A stretch of DNA of 64,000 bases. Source: Candidatus Delongbacteria bacterium. Lineage in GTDB: Bacteria; CAIWAD01. Shown here piece after piece: positions 29,377 through 39,340 of the stretch. Made by a program: the position numbers and the translations under genes. The DNA is taken from the NCBI GenBank assembly GCA_963663545.1, contig OY760505.1:1184001-1248000 (forward strand), in the 5' to 3' direction. How positions within the stretch are numbered: the first letter of the stretch is position 1; every line of letters begins with the position of its first letter. The notes under the pieces were generated by a model. That model did not search any database and was not told the DNA's origin. It saw nothing but the letters and a program-made list of their open reading frames with translations.

Positions 29377-32300
29377 CTAGCGCACCAGGATCATCTTCTT
29401 CGCCTGACTCATGTTGTTGCTCGTCAGACGATAAACATAGACGCCGCTGGCCAATGCACTGGCATCAAAGCGAACCTGATGCGTACCAGAAGCCATCTCG
29501 CCGTTCACCAAAGTACGCACAAGCTGTCCCTGCAGGTTGTACACCGCCAGATTGACCTGGCCCGGTGTCACAATCTGAAAATCGATGATGGTTTCCGGAT
29601 TGAAGGGATTCGGGTAGTTCTGGGCCAGGTGGAACGCGCGAGGCTCGGCCTGTACCGCTACATCGGTATCCACATCATCAATACGAGTCGTGTAGATGTC
29701 CTTGATGTCTTCCTTGCCACTGGCACGCATATCGATCCAGCTCACATAGACACCGTCGGCGCGGTCATAGCTGACCGCAGGCTCACGCTGCGTGTGGAAG
29801 TACTCGGCAAACGTGCCGTTGTAGTTGACATGGTCAATAGCGCCGCCACCTGCAAACACATGAGCATCCTGGGCGTAAAGATCCTTGAAGCCGGTCGTAT
29901 CGGCTGTTTCCTCTGCGGAAAGCACCGCCACCAATCCGTTCCAACCATTACGCGGTACAATGGCACCGGTCACGTCTTCCTGCGTACCCGAAGCCACGTA
30001 GATCTCGCCATCGGTGTCACTCCACTCAAGGGTACCGTCAGCCAGCAGGTGACGCTGATAAGCATCGTCATCTACGTTGTTGCTGAAGTCGGTGTAAAGC
30101 ACGTAAGCGCCACCAGCGTTGTCGCTCAGAATCACGGGCGTCTTCTGGCTACCGGTGCGCATGTCTACTTCCCTTGTCCACAGCAGTGTGCCAGCGGCAT
30201 TATAGGCACGCGCGATCAGGTCAGAGTTGGAGTCTTCGGCGGCGTAATCCAGCCAAACGCCAATCAATCCACCGCCAGTACGAGCCACAGCGCGGGCGGC
30301 TTCCTGCTTGCCGTCGCCATCAGCAAAAGCAACTCCAGCCGCGTCGTACTGCATCTCACCGGCAGCACTCACGTACTGCATCAGCACGTTGGTGTCAGCC
30401 CAGTTGCCACTGTCCCACAGAATCCAGGCACCACCGTTGCCGTCGGGCACGATGGCATCAAACTTCTCGTTGATATCGGGCATGCTGTTGGCCGTGCTCG
30501 TGATACGCACGCCGTCGCCACCCCAGAGCTGGTTGCCGTTGAAGTCGAAGGCCTGAGCGCCAACTTCAGCATAGAAGTCGCTGTAGTCGGTGTCTACACC
30601 GGACCAGCCGATGACGACATGGTCACCGCTAAGGGCGATACGTACTCGCTCCTGGTACTCCAGACCACTGCTGGTATCAAAGTTCGGGGTAACGGGCTTG
30701 CTCTCGTCCCAGATCATGTTGCCGCTACCATCGACGCGCGTAAGGAAAGCCTGTTGAGCGCGGTCCGAGCCGGCTTCGATCAGGACGAAAGCACCGCCTT
30801 CGCCATCATCGAGCACCTGGTAGCTGAATTGGCCACCCGCAAGACTTAGATCAACGGGCACTCCGTTGTCATCGAGTTGCGGTTCGCCGTCCTGACGCGC
30901 CAGATTCTGCATGTAGACGTGAGGACCATCACCGTTGCGCGGATCAACCCAGAACACAAGCACTCCGTCATCGTTGCCGATGTTCTTCACGCTGGAGCAG
31001 CTTCCACTGATTCCCCAGGCGGAGTCATCACCGTCATCGGCAAAAGTGGCTTCGCCCGCGCTATTCAAGTGCTGAGTGAAGATGCCCAAACTGCCGCGAC
31101 TCAAATCGCCCCAGGCAACAAAGACGCCGCCTTCATTGTCAGGACGCAGAGCGGGTGCAATGGCGTCGTCACCGCTGTCGATGACGTACACGCCATCGTT
31201 GCTGTACAGACGCGTGCCGAACTCGGTCAGCTTCTGCGCGTAGATGGCCGCGTAGTTCTCGTGGCGATAATCTTCCCACACGACAAAGGCCGAGCCGTCG
31301 ACGTCGGCGGCCAGACGCGCCTGGCTCTGATTGCCCGCGGCCAAGGTCACCGGCACACCACCCTCGCCCCAGAGGGTCAGGTTGGTGGGCGACATCTTCT
31401 GCGCGTAGATGTCTGCCTGCGTGTTGCCCGGATCGTTGCGGTTGTCTTCCCAGATCATCAGCGTTGTGCCATCACCGGCAGGCGTGATACGCGGATTCGC
31501 CTCGGCGTTGTTTTCCTGTGCAGCCACAGCCACGCCACCAGCGGCAAATGTTGGTTCCAGGCTGGAGTTGAAATGCTGCACGTACACATCGCCGGCGTTG
31601 TCATTGCTCAGGTCGACCCACGCAACAAAGGCACCGTCGGCGCCATCCCAGGTGACTTTGGCCGAGTACTGACGTCCCGGCGCATCGGTGACAACTCGAC
31701 CGTTGTCGTTGTTGACATAGGTGCCATTGGCCAGCACATGCTCGATGTAGAGGTTGTCATCGGCAGCATCTCGCTGGTCAACCCATACAATGAAAGCACC
31801 ACCATTGCCATCGTGCTCCATCGACATGGTACGCTGATCACCCACTTCATTACAAAGTGCGCGACCATTGAGGCCGAAGTTGGTATCGATGTTGCCATCA
31901 ATGTCGATGTGGCTGAGGTAGAGATCCCAGGTCGTCGCGCGATGGTCGGACCAGACGATCCACGAGCCGCCCGCGCCATCGATGCACTGGCTCTTGCTCA
32001 TGTTCTCGCTGCCATTGGCGCACTCGTCGCAAATCATGACGCCATCCGGATCCCAGGCCAGGGCACCGTTGCCCGTACCATCGACCAGGCGGTTCATGTA
32101 GATGTCGCCGGACAGGTCGTCGCGGAAGTCAATCCAGCTGACAAGGGCGCCGCCTGCCTCATCGGTAATCAACACCGGATCCTCTTGACGGATCACATCG
32201 GCGTTGACAATGAGACAATCCACGCTTTCGCCACCGTGTGTATCACTCCACTGCTTGGGTGCAGCAGGACTGGACGCATCGACCTTCTGTGCGAAAAGAT

Positions 32301-32526
32301 CGCGCAAGCCGAAGCGAGTATCGGACCAGCTGATGATGAACTCGCCGTTCGCGCCATTCTCAGCGGAGCGCTGCCACTCGATGTGGTAGCCCTGACGCAC
32401 GGGAGTTCCGTCGACCAGATCCCAGTACATGGGCGGATCAACGGCGACCACGGTCTGCAAGAGGCCGGTGGCGCCCAACGCCAACAGGCCGTTCAGAATC
32501 AGAGGAGCGGTGAGGAATCGCTTCAT
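29377..32526 (-). CDS. Large secreted repeat protein (WxDxR beta-propeller-like) with C-terminal sorting domain
   Basis: Recurring unit DG.GG.FV.W.D.R....DIY.Q; CTD QNYPNPFNP...SGVYVYRL...KKMILVR. Confidence 0.88.
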   Translation of the reverse strand: MKRFLTAPLILNGLLALGATGLLQTVVAVDPPMYWDLVDGTPVRQGYHIEWQRSAENGANGEFIISWSDTRFGLRDLFAQKVDASSPAAPKQWSDTHGGESVDCLIVNADVIRQEDPVLITDEAGGALVSWIDFRDDLSGDIYMNRLVDGTGNGALAWDPDGVMICDECANGSENMSKSQCIDGAGGSWIVWSDHRATTWDLYLSHIDIDGNIDTNFGLNGRALCNEVGDQRTMSMEHDGNGGAFIVWVDQRDAADDNLYIEHVLANGTYVNNDNGRVVTDAPGRQYSAKVTWDGADGAFVAWVDLSNDNAGDVYVQHFNSSLEPTFAAGGVAVAAQENNAEANPRITPAGDGTTLMIWEDNRNDPGNTQADIYAQKMSPTNLTLWGEGGVPVTLAAGNQSQARLAADVDGSAFVVWEDYRHENYAAIYAQKLTEFGTRLYSNDGVYVIDSGDDAIAPALRPDNEGGVFVAWGDLSRGSLGIFTQHLNSAGEATFADDGDDSAWGISGSCSSVKNIGNDDGVLVFWVDPRNGDGPHVYMQNLARQDGEPQLDDNGVPVDLSLAGGQFSYQVLDDGEGGAFVLIEAGSDRAQQAFLTRVDGSGNMIWDESKPVTPNFDTSSGLEYQERVRIALSGDHVVIGWSGVDTDYSDFYAEVGAQAFDFNGNQLWGGDGVRITSTANSMPDINEKFDAIVPDGNGGAWILWDSGNWADTNVLMQYVSAAGEMQYDAAGVAFADGDGKQEAARAVARTGGGLIGVWLDYAAEDSNSDLIARAYNAAGTLLWTREVDMRTGSQKTPVILSDNAGGAYVLYTDFSNNVDDDAYQRHLLADGTLEWSDTDGEIYVASGTQEDVTGAIVPRNGWNGLVAVLSAEETADTTGFKDLYAQDAHVFAGGGAIDHVNYNGTFAEYFHTQREPAVSYDRADGVYVSWIDMRASGKEDIKDIYTTRIDDVDTDVAVQAEPRAFHLAQNYPNPFNPETIIDFQIVTPGQVNLAVYNLQGQLVRTLVNGEMASGTHQVRFDASALASGVYVYRLTSNNMSQAKKMILVR

Positions 32527-32563
32527 GTTCTCCAGTTCCTCGTTTTGGTATTGGTTGTTCTTG

Positions 32564-33685
32564 TCAATTCAAGGGGTTGTTGAGAATCAGCAGACCGTCA
32601 TTGCGATCGGCCACATAGATTCTGCCGTGGGCCAGCCGGATACGCTGCGCATAGTGGCTCACATACTGCCAGCGCTGACTGGGATGAGCGGGATCTGTCA
32701 GATCCAGCACCAGGGTTCCCTTTGAGCTGTTGGCCAGAAAAGCATGCTGCTCACTCAGCTCAACATCCAGTGTAGTACCGCCGGGCTCGTGCAGGCTGCG
32801 CAGGTAAGGACGACTGGGATCGCTGACATCGACAATGGCCAATCCGTCACCGCCAAGCGCGATAGCTGCCAGATCTCCGTCCACGTCCAGACGAATAGCG
32901 TCTCCGGGCAAACGCAGCGTGGCAATTTCCTCAAGGTTCATCGGCATGCGCGAACCGGCAATGCGGAAGATCTTCAGGCCATACTCGCCATTCGCCAGGT
33001 AAATGATGTCATCCACGACCACAAGGTCGTTGCCGTCGTTCTCGTATTCGTCCGTGCGCAGAGTCGAAAAGTACTCCGAAGTGGGGTTCGCGCCCGTGTA
33101 GAACCACAGGCCGGGGCTTGACGCCGGAGCCTCCACCGGATCGGTCAACCATTTGTGACACAACAGGCCATCACTGCGATCGCTGTAATACATGTAGTAA
33201 TAGTCGCGCTCAACGACTACGTCGTCTTCAATGCTTGAGACAGCCTCGGTAAGCACGAACTCGTTGTTGACGCCGCTGGCAAAGAATGTGCGAATGTAAA
33301 CGGGCGCTAGTGGATCGCTGACATCGAACACCAACAGGTTCGTGGCCAGCTTGGCAAAAAGCAGATGGTCGTCCACCAGATAGCTCGAAATGAAAGTGTC
33401 ATCATTTGGGTCATACAAGCTACCCAGGTCGGGAGCACCGCCAACAGGTACGGGCGCGGACTCCATGTTGAGGTCAAAAGTCAGGATTCCACGGCGGTTG
33501 TTGCTAAGCACATAGAGCGCGTTCTCGCCAACAGAAATATCGGCGACATCGTCATAGACGTCGCTCCAGACGCCGATCAGCTGCAACTCAGTTTCCAGAG
33601 CGTCCTGACGCTCGGCACATGAATTCAGCAACAGGGGAAGGGCCAGGCACAGGCCGGTGATACACAGGTTATGCAGTCTGGACAT
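32564..33685 (-). CDS. LVIVD-repeat lipoprotein
   Basis: Lipobox LLLNSC; repeats LLVFDVSDP..P, GLAIVDVSDPSRP, VLDLTDP. Confidence 0.85.
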   Translation of the reverse strand: MSRLHNLCITGLCLALPLLLNSCAERQDALETELQLIGVWSDVYDDVADISVGENALYVLSNNRRGILTFDLNMESAPVPVGGAPDLGSLYDPNDDTFISSYLVDDHLLFAKLATNLLVFDVSDPLAPVYIRTFFASGVNNEFVLTEAVSSIEDDVVVERDYYYMYYSDRSDGLLCHKWLTDPVEAPASSPGLWFYTGANPTSEYFSTLRTDEYENDGNDLVVVDDIIYLANGEYGLKIFRIAGSRMPMNLEEIATLRLPGDAIRLDVDGDLAAIALGGDGLAIVDVSDPSRPYLRSLHEPGGTTLDVELSEQHAFLANSSKGTLVLDLTDPAHPSQRWQYVSHYAQRIRLAHGRIYVADRNDGLLILNNPLN

Positions 33686-33837
33686 GCAGGATAGCTTCCT
33701 TGGCTTGCTTCCATCTTACTCTTCACGCTTCCATGCCCATGCATGGAGTGCGACCCCACAACATAGTGAAGCCCGAACGAAGGAGAGCGGAGTTGCCTAT
33801 ACAGCACTCCGCAAGCGGGTTTCGATGGATTGGACTG

Positions 33838-33853
33838 TGCAAAAACCAAGCCG
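33838..33853 (-). promoter_or_regulatory. Putative sigma54 -24/-12 promoter
   Basis: Minus strand CGGCTTGGTTTTTGCA (GG-N10-GC). Confidence 0.7.
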
Positions 33854-33883
33854 AGTCCATCGCCCGCATCGCTCATTGTTTCT

Positions 33884-33896
33884 TAACAACTTGATT
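33884..33896. promoter_or_regulatory. Putative IHF-binding site
   Basis: TAACAACTTGATT matches YAANNNNTTGATW, about 30 bp upstream of the -24 element. Confidence 0.55.
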
Positions 33897-34013
33897 ATGC
33901 TGCTGCGTGAAGCTCTGTGCGAAATGTCAAACCCGACAGACAGCGGACAGGCAGGGCAAGACTCCATCTGTGTCGGCTGTAAAGGCGCGGCGCTCGATGA
34001 ATGGACTGAAACT

Positions 34014-35414
34014 CTAGAAGGCGCCCTTGCGGAAGAGCACGGCGGGTACGGTCCGCAACAGAATGGAGATATCCAGCAAAATCGACCAGTTGCGGATGTA
34101 GTAGAAGTCGTACTCCAGGTTGAAATGCAGCGGAAGATCTTTGCGACCTGAAATTTGCCAGATGCCTGTAATCCCCTGCGGCACATCCAGGCGACGGCGC
34201 TGCCAGGGTTCATAGGTCTCAACGATGAAGGGCATTTCAGGCCTTGGCCCCACCATGCTCATGTCACCCTTGAGGACATTGAAGAGCTGCGGCAATTCGT
34301 CCAGGCTGCTCGAGCGCAAGAAGCGGCCAATAGGCGTGATACGCGAATCGCTCTGATCACCTGGGGCAACCTGATAGGGATTGGTGTTGTGATACATGGT
34401 GCGGAACTTGTGCAGGCGAAAGATTTTGCCATCCTGCCCCACACGATCATGGCTGAAAAGCACAGGGCCCTCCGAGCTCATGCGAACGGCAATGGCAACA
34501 CCGACAAAAAGCGGCGACGCCAGAACCAGCGCCACACTGACCATGATCAGATCCAGCACGCGTTTGACGGCCAGCGAGAAGGGATGCAAATGGCCGTCCT
34601 TCAATTGTATCACAGGGAATTCGCCGATATCATCGATCTTCACGCGCTCGGCAATTACTTCGATCAGATCCTGCTTGACGATCTTGAAGTGAACCTTGGC
34701 CGCTTCGCATTGCACCACCAGATTCAGCGTATCATTCTGATTCAGACTGGGAATGGCGAGAAAGACCTCCTCCACTCCATTTTTAATCAGTGTGTCAGCC
34801 AGGTTCTCGCTACTGCCGATAACCGGAACGCCGTCGATCTGGCTCTCCAACTCATCGGCCTTCTTGTCGATGAAGCCGACCAGCTCGTACCCGATTTCGG
34901 GATGCGTGCGCAAGTGCCGTGCTACTCTGCGCCCTGTATCACCGGCTCCTATCACAGCAGCGCGAATCAGGCCGATGCCGCGCTCCCGCAGCTGGGTCTT
35001 GATATACCGCAGCAGACTGCGGCTGGCGTAGAGGTAGATGGCATGGAAGGCTGCGGCAGTGAAAATGACCGCACGGCTGATGTCGCCGTGGCGGAAAACG
35101 AAGTCGACGAAAATCGTCGCGAAAAAAAGGCCCAGCGCTGTCTTGTAGATGTCGCGAACCTCGTTCAGCGAGCTGATTTTCCCTTTGTGGCGGTAAGCGC
35201 GAAATCCGGCCAGTACCGCGACCCAACCGATGAGCATCTTGGGCAACACGACCAGGTAGGAATCCAGCGGATTGATTGGCAGCAGACCGCCGCCATTGAT
35301 CGCGGTCATGATATTGCGAATCTGCCAGGCAGCAACCCACAGCAGGCCAAGGCAAAGAGTATCGGCAAGCAACAGAATGAGACTGACTAGAAAAGCCCGC
35401 CATGTGGACTTCAC
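34014..35414 (-). CDS. Polyprenyl-phosphate sugar phosphotransferase (WcaJ/WbaP family)
   Basis: N-terminal TM helices, IGAG Rossmann-like domain, KRVLD, KFRTM, LDELPQLFNVLKGDMSMVGPRPE, GITG.WQ..GR. Confidence 0.96.
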   Translation of the reverse strand: MKSTWRAFLVSLILLLADTLCLGLLWVAAWQIRNIMTAINGGGLLPINPLDSYLVVLPKMLIGWVAVLAGFRAYRHKGKISSLNEVRDIYKTALGLFFATIFVDFVFRHGDISRAVIFTAAAFHAIYLYASRSLLRYIKTQLRERGIGLIRAAVIGAGDTGRRVARHLRTHPEIGYELVGFIDKKADELESQIDGVPVIGSSENLADTLIKNGVEEVFLAIPSLNQNDTLNLVVQCEAAKVHFKIVKQDLIEVIAERVKIDDIGEFPVIQLKDGHLHPFSLAVKRVLDLIMVSVALVLASPLFVGVAIAVRMSSEGPVLFSHDRVGQDGKIFRLHKFRTMYHNTNPYQVAPGDQSDSRITPIGRFLRSSSLDELPQLFNVLKGDMSMVGPRPEMPFIVETYEPWQRRRLDVPQGITGIWQISGRKDLPLHFNLEYDFYYIRNWSILLDISILLRTVPAVLFRKGAF

Positions 35415-35553
35415 AAAATCCTCCCGAGCGCATCATAATGGATCACAGAGCCGTACGAGGCCCATCGTCCGATTCAACCGGCCAAGGCCCTTCGCGCCAG
35501 CAGGGCGTAATCCATGACTGGCACCGGGCACAAAGTAGAAAATTGCCATTGGA

Positions 35554-36276
35554 TCAATCGTCGTAGTAGCGGAAGGCGTCTCCCACCCAGGTTGCATCCT
35601 GCACAGAGTACCGCTGCCCGTTGCGTCCGCTGGCGGGTTCAAGGATGGGAACCAAAGCGCCGGGAAGTACGCTGTCAACGTCGTGGTCTGCCTGTGGCCC
35701 CCCAAGATCAGTTCGCAACCAGCCCGGATCGATCGTGTTGATCAACACATTTGTGTCACGCAGATGAGCCGCCAGATCCTGAGTGTACTTGTCCACCGCG
35801 GCCTTGGAAGCGCCATAAGGTGCCAGCTGAGGCAGATCACGGATTCCCGAGCTGACGTTGACAATGCGCCCGAATCCGCGCTCGATCATAGCTGGAACAA
35901 AGGCCGTGCACAACTCCACAAGAGCATACACGTTGATCGCCATTGTGCGCTCCCATGTATCACGTCCGATCTCCCAGACATCCTGCCAGGGAAGCTGCAC
36001 AGCGGCATTGTTGTAGAGCACATCGATGCCGACTTCGCAAGCCTTCACAGCCTCGATCACCTGGTTCACACCAGCCTGCGTATCCAGTTCGCCGGCTACT
36101 TCGTAACAACGGATCTCAGATGCTGCCAGCAATCCGTGTGTCTGCCGCAGGTTCTCGCAGTGTCGCGCATGTATCACAAGATTGCAGCCATGTTCGGCCA
36201 GACCCACGGCCACGCGCTGACCGATTCCGCGGCTGGCTCCGGTAACGAGCGCCCACTTGCCATCCAACAGCTTCAT
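35554..36276 (-). CDS. Short-chain dehydrogenase
   Basis: TGASRGIG, NNAA, NVSSG, YGASK, DPGWLRTDLGG. Confidence 0.93.
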   Translation of the reverse strand: MKLLDGKWALVTGASRGIGQRVAVGLAEHGCNLVIHARHCENLRQTHGLLAASEIRCYEVAGELDTQAGVNQVIEAVKACEVGIDVLYNNAAVQLPWQDVWEIGRDTWERTMAINVYALVELCTAFVPAMIERGFGRIVNVSSGIRDLPQLAPYGASKAAVDKYTQDLAAHLRDTNVLINTIDPGWLRTDLGGPQADHDVDSVLPGALVPILEPASGRNGQRYSVQDATWVGDAFRYYDD

Positions 36277-36372
36277 CCACCACCTCCAGGTTCATGGAAA
36301 CAGAATGCCCGGGAAAGATGGCAGAGTATCTTGAAAACGCCTGGCGGTGATACAGCGCTCAACAAGTCTCGT

Positions 36373-37050
36373 TCAACCCAGCTTGATCAGCTGGAACAGG
36401 CGGTTGAAGCGCTCCGATTCAGGAAAGAACACCTTTCTCTCCGCATGGATTTCGAAATGGCCCTTCAGCAACTCGCGCAGTGTTTCGTCCTTCAGATCCC
36501 ACAGGTACAAGCCGGATTTCTCGCTATAGAAGAAAGGCGCCACTTCTGTGAAGTAGTCGTCCTCAAGCGCCTCTGGCGGCAGATTCTGATTCAGTTTAAT
36601 GAGCAGCCGGCCACCCGGGCGTAATACACGGTACACGTCGTCCAGCACGCGACGGGCGTCGACGGGCAGGATATTGTCGATAAGATTGAAAAGCACGCAG
36701 CACTCGAAGGAGTGTTCTTGAAGCTCCGTAAGCTGCTCTACCCCTCCAGCAATGAACTCAGTCTGTGACACAAGGCCATTCTCGCGCGCTGCCTTCTGCG
36801 CCACTTCAATAGCTATGGGCGAGATATCGATACCAAGACCACGTTGCATGCCAAGTCCCATGCTGCGTATCACAATACTCCCCGTACCACACCCGAAATC
36901 CAGCACGGCGCCGGATCTCTCGCAAAGCCAGGCAAGGGCGTTCTCGATATCAGCCCAGGGATGCGGAGTACCCATTTGGTAAACGCGTCCGCTATCCAGG
37001 ACCTGCTGAAAGCGCTGGTCCCAAAACTCAATTGTCGACTGATACGGCAT
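36373..37050 (-). CDS. Class I SAM-dependent methyltransferase
   Basis: VLDFGCGTG, GIDIS, RVLRPGGRL. Confidence 0.9.
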   Translation of the reverse strand: MPYQSTIEFWDQRFQQVLDSGRVYQMGTPHPWADIENALAWLCERSGAVLDFGCGTGSIVIRSMGLGMQRGLGIDISPIAIEVAQKAARENGLVSQTEFIAGGVEQLTELQEHSFECCVLFNLIDNILPVDARRVLDDVYRVLRPGGRLLIKLNQNLPPEALEDDYFTEVAPFFYSEKSGLYLWDLKDETLRELLKGHFEIHAERKVFFPESERFNRLFQLIKLG

Positions 37051-37095
37051 GATCCGACTCCTTGGCAATTGTGATACACACTTTGATGTCTATAC

Positions 37096-37776
37096 TCAGA
37101 CACTTCGCTGCAGGTAATACAAGCGGTGATAGTTCCCTGCATTTGATAGCCGCACTCGTTCCTTGCGAAGTAGTTCAAACTTGCCCTCAAGCAGCTCGCA
37201 CAGTTTCTCCTCGCTCAACGACCAGAGATAGAGACCGTTGCGGGCGCGATAGAAACCGGGGCTCAGTTCCTCGAAGCGCTCCGGATCGAAGTAGGTGCGA
37301 TCACGATCCTGGTTCAGCTTGATCAAAAGGCGCGCCCCTGGCGTGAGGATGCGAGCGCATTCCGTCAGTACTCGCTGCGCGTCCTCGGGTAGAATGTTGT
37401 CTAGAATGTTGAAGAGCACGGCGCCGTCCATTGTACACGAAGCCATCTCCCGCAATGCCTCCACGCCGCCTGTCTGAAAGCGGGCGCGCTCCTGCAGTTG
37501 ATTCGCCAGCGCCCATCGTCGCGCCAGCTCCACACCGTGCTCCGACAACTCAAATCCCACTCCTTGTTGCCCGCCAATGGCGAGCGTGCGCAAGAGAATG
37601 GCCCCGCTGCCGCTTGCGAAATCCAGGATGCATCCCTGCGTCTCTGCAAGCCATTGCATGGCCTCTTCCAGCTCCGGATACGTGTAGGGCACGCCAGCAT
37701 TCATGTTTTTCTGCGACTGCAGAAGTTCGCCGAAGCGCTTGTCCCAAAAGAGCTTGGTGCTTGCGTAAGGACTCAT
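37096..37776 (-). CDS. Class I SAM-dependent methyltransferase (paralog of neighbour)
   Basis: ILDFASGSG, GFELS, RILTPGARL. Confidence 0.9.
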   Translation of the reverse strand: MSPYASTKLFWDKRFGELLQSQKNMNAGVPYTYPELEEAMQWLAETQGCILDFASGSGAILLRTLAIGGQQGVGFELSEHGVELARRWALANQLQERARFQTGGVEALREMASCTMDGAVLFNILDNILPEDAQRVLTECARILTPGARLLIKLNQDRDRTYFDPERFEELSPGFYRARNGLYLWSLSEEKLCELLEGKFELLRKERVRLSNAGNYHRLYYLQRSV

Positions 37777-37957
37777 GGGCTCCTCCTGAATCGCGGCTTA
37801 TGCTTGCCTGAATTGGCCACATTCTGGGTGTCTTGCCTGCTGGAGATGAGGTCCGCCAGCTACATACGGAAAATTTCGATAACGCGAGACTAATAATCAA
37901 ATTTTCAAATGTTTAGCTACACATCAAATTCTTGTGGCAATAAGGGAGCATAGGAAT

Positions 37958-37993
37958 TGCGGAGCCCTGTCGGCCTCCCGGCAAGGCTCCGCA
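37958..37993 (-). terminator. Hairpin downstream of rsgA
   Basis: TGCGGAGCC-CTGTCGG...CCGGCAA-GGCTCCGCA. Confidence 0.55.
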
Positions 37994-38006
37994 TTCAGTA
38001 CTTGTA

Positions 38007-39068
38007 TCACCGTCTGCGCTTCTTGGCCTGCTTCAAAAACCGGCCAAAATCACGCTCTTTGTGGCGTCGTTCCAGTTGAGACAATTGGTGGAAGTCGGAC
38101 TCCTCTTTCAACTTGCGGTAGTTGTCGTAATGCTCCTGGAGGATGCGGCCTTCGGCTAGCGCTGCGTGCACGGCACAACCGGGTTCGCCGCTGTGAGTGC
38201 AATCGCGGAAGCGACAGCCTGAAGCCAATTGTGCAATGTCCGCAAAGCCACTGTTCAAGCCAGCTTCACCCGCCAACACACCAAACTCGCGCATCCCCGG
38301 GTTGTCAATCACCAAAGCCCCGCCCTGAAGCAGAATCAGCTCACGGCGGACCGTAGTATGCGTGCCTTCTCCCGTAGCGCTGACTCCTGCGGTCAATTGT
38401 GTATCACGACCTGACAAATGATTGATCAGCGTACTCTTGCCAACTCCTGAAGAGCCGACGAAGCAGTAGGTGTGCGCCACTTTGAGTTGCTGTCTGAACT
38501 CGTCAACGCCCCGTTGTGTCGCATGACTCAGAGTGAACACCTGTGCGCAGATTCCAGCGCTGTGTATCACACCAAGTTGTTCGGCCAGCTCTTCTGGTGT
38601 CACCAAGTCGGTTTTGGTCAGAAGAATTAGCGCCTCGGCACCACCTTCTTCGATCATCAGCAGGTAGCGTTCCAAGCGCTTCAGGTTGAAATCATAGTGG
38701 CAGGACATGACCACAACTACGAAATCGACGTTGGCGGCGATCATCTGTTGTGTCACGCTGCGACCTGCCGTCTTTCGACTGATTTCACTTTTTCGATCAA
38801 GCAGACTTTGTATCACACAACCTTCTGCAGATGAGCTTTTGCGCACGCAGACCCAGTCGCCAACACAGGGCAGGTCGCTGGCCTTAGAATTGTGATACAG
38901 CATGCTGCCGGGAAGTGTAGCACGAAATGGTTCTGTGTGATCCATTAACAGCAACTGGCCGCGATCAACAGCAACAACTCGTGCAAAACGATGTGTGGAA
39001 GAATAGCCCTGACTATACTCGAAGTACTCGTCCCAGCCGAGTGCTTCCAATTCCGGATGTTTGCTCAT
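38007..39068 (-). CDS. rsgA: Ribosome small subunit-dependent GTPase A family
   Basis: VGDWV, TKTD, GSSGVGKS, HTT, DNPG, CRFRDCTH..EPGC. Confidence 0.95.
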   Translation of the reverse strand: MSKHPELEALGWDEYFEYSQGYSSTHRFARVVAVDRGQLLLMDHTEPFRATLPGSMLYHNSKASDLPCVGDWVCVRKSSSAEGCVIQSLLDRKSEISRKTAGRSVTQQMIAANVDFVVVVMSCHYDFNLKRLERYLLMIEEGGAEALILLTKTDLVTPEELAEQLGVIHSAGICAQVFTLSHATQRGVDEFRQQLKVAHTYCFVGSSGVGKSTLINHLSGRDTQLTAGVSATGEGTHTTVRRELILLQGGALVIDNPGMREFGVLAGEAGLNSGFADIAQLASGCRFRDCTHSGEPGCAVHAALAEGRILQEHYDNYRKLKEESDFHQLSQLERRHKERDFGRFLKQAKKRRR

Positions 39069-39340
39069 GATAGTACTCTATTGGCCGCTGCCGACAGCAG
39101 CGGTGTGTCACGATAAACTAAACCTTGACGTGCAGCCTGTGCTGCAGGACGCCGCTATCCGGTCGTCCGTGTGTCAGACAATCTCCGACATCCAGCCTCT
39201 AAAGTGGTAGTACAACAGAACGGTCAAGGGTACGAAAGACGACGCGCACGTGCAAGGCACGTGCTGTCCGGGACCTAAGTGAAAAGCCCCCGACAGCGTA
39301 CGGCCATCGGGGGCGTGTTTTACTTGAAGTGAGGCGAAGT

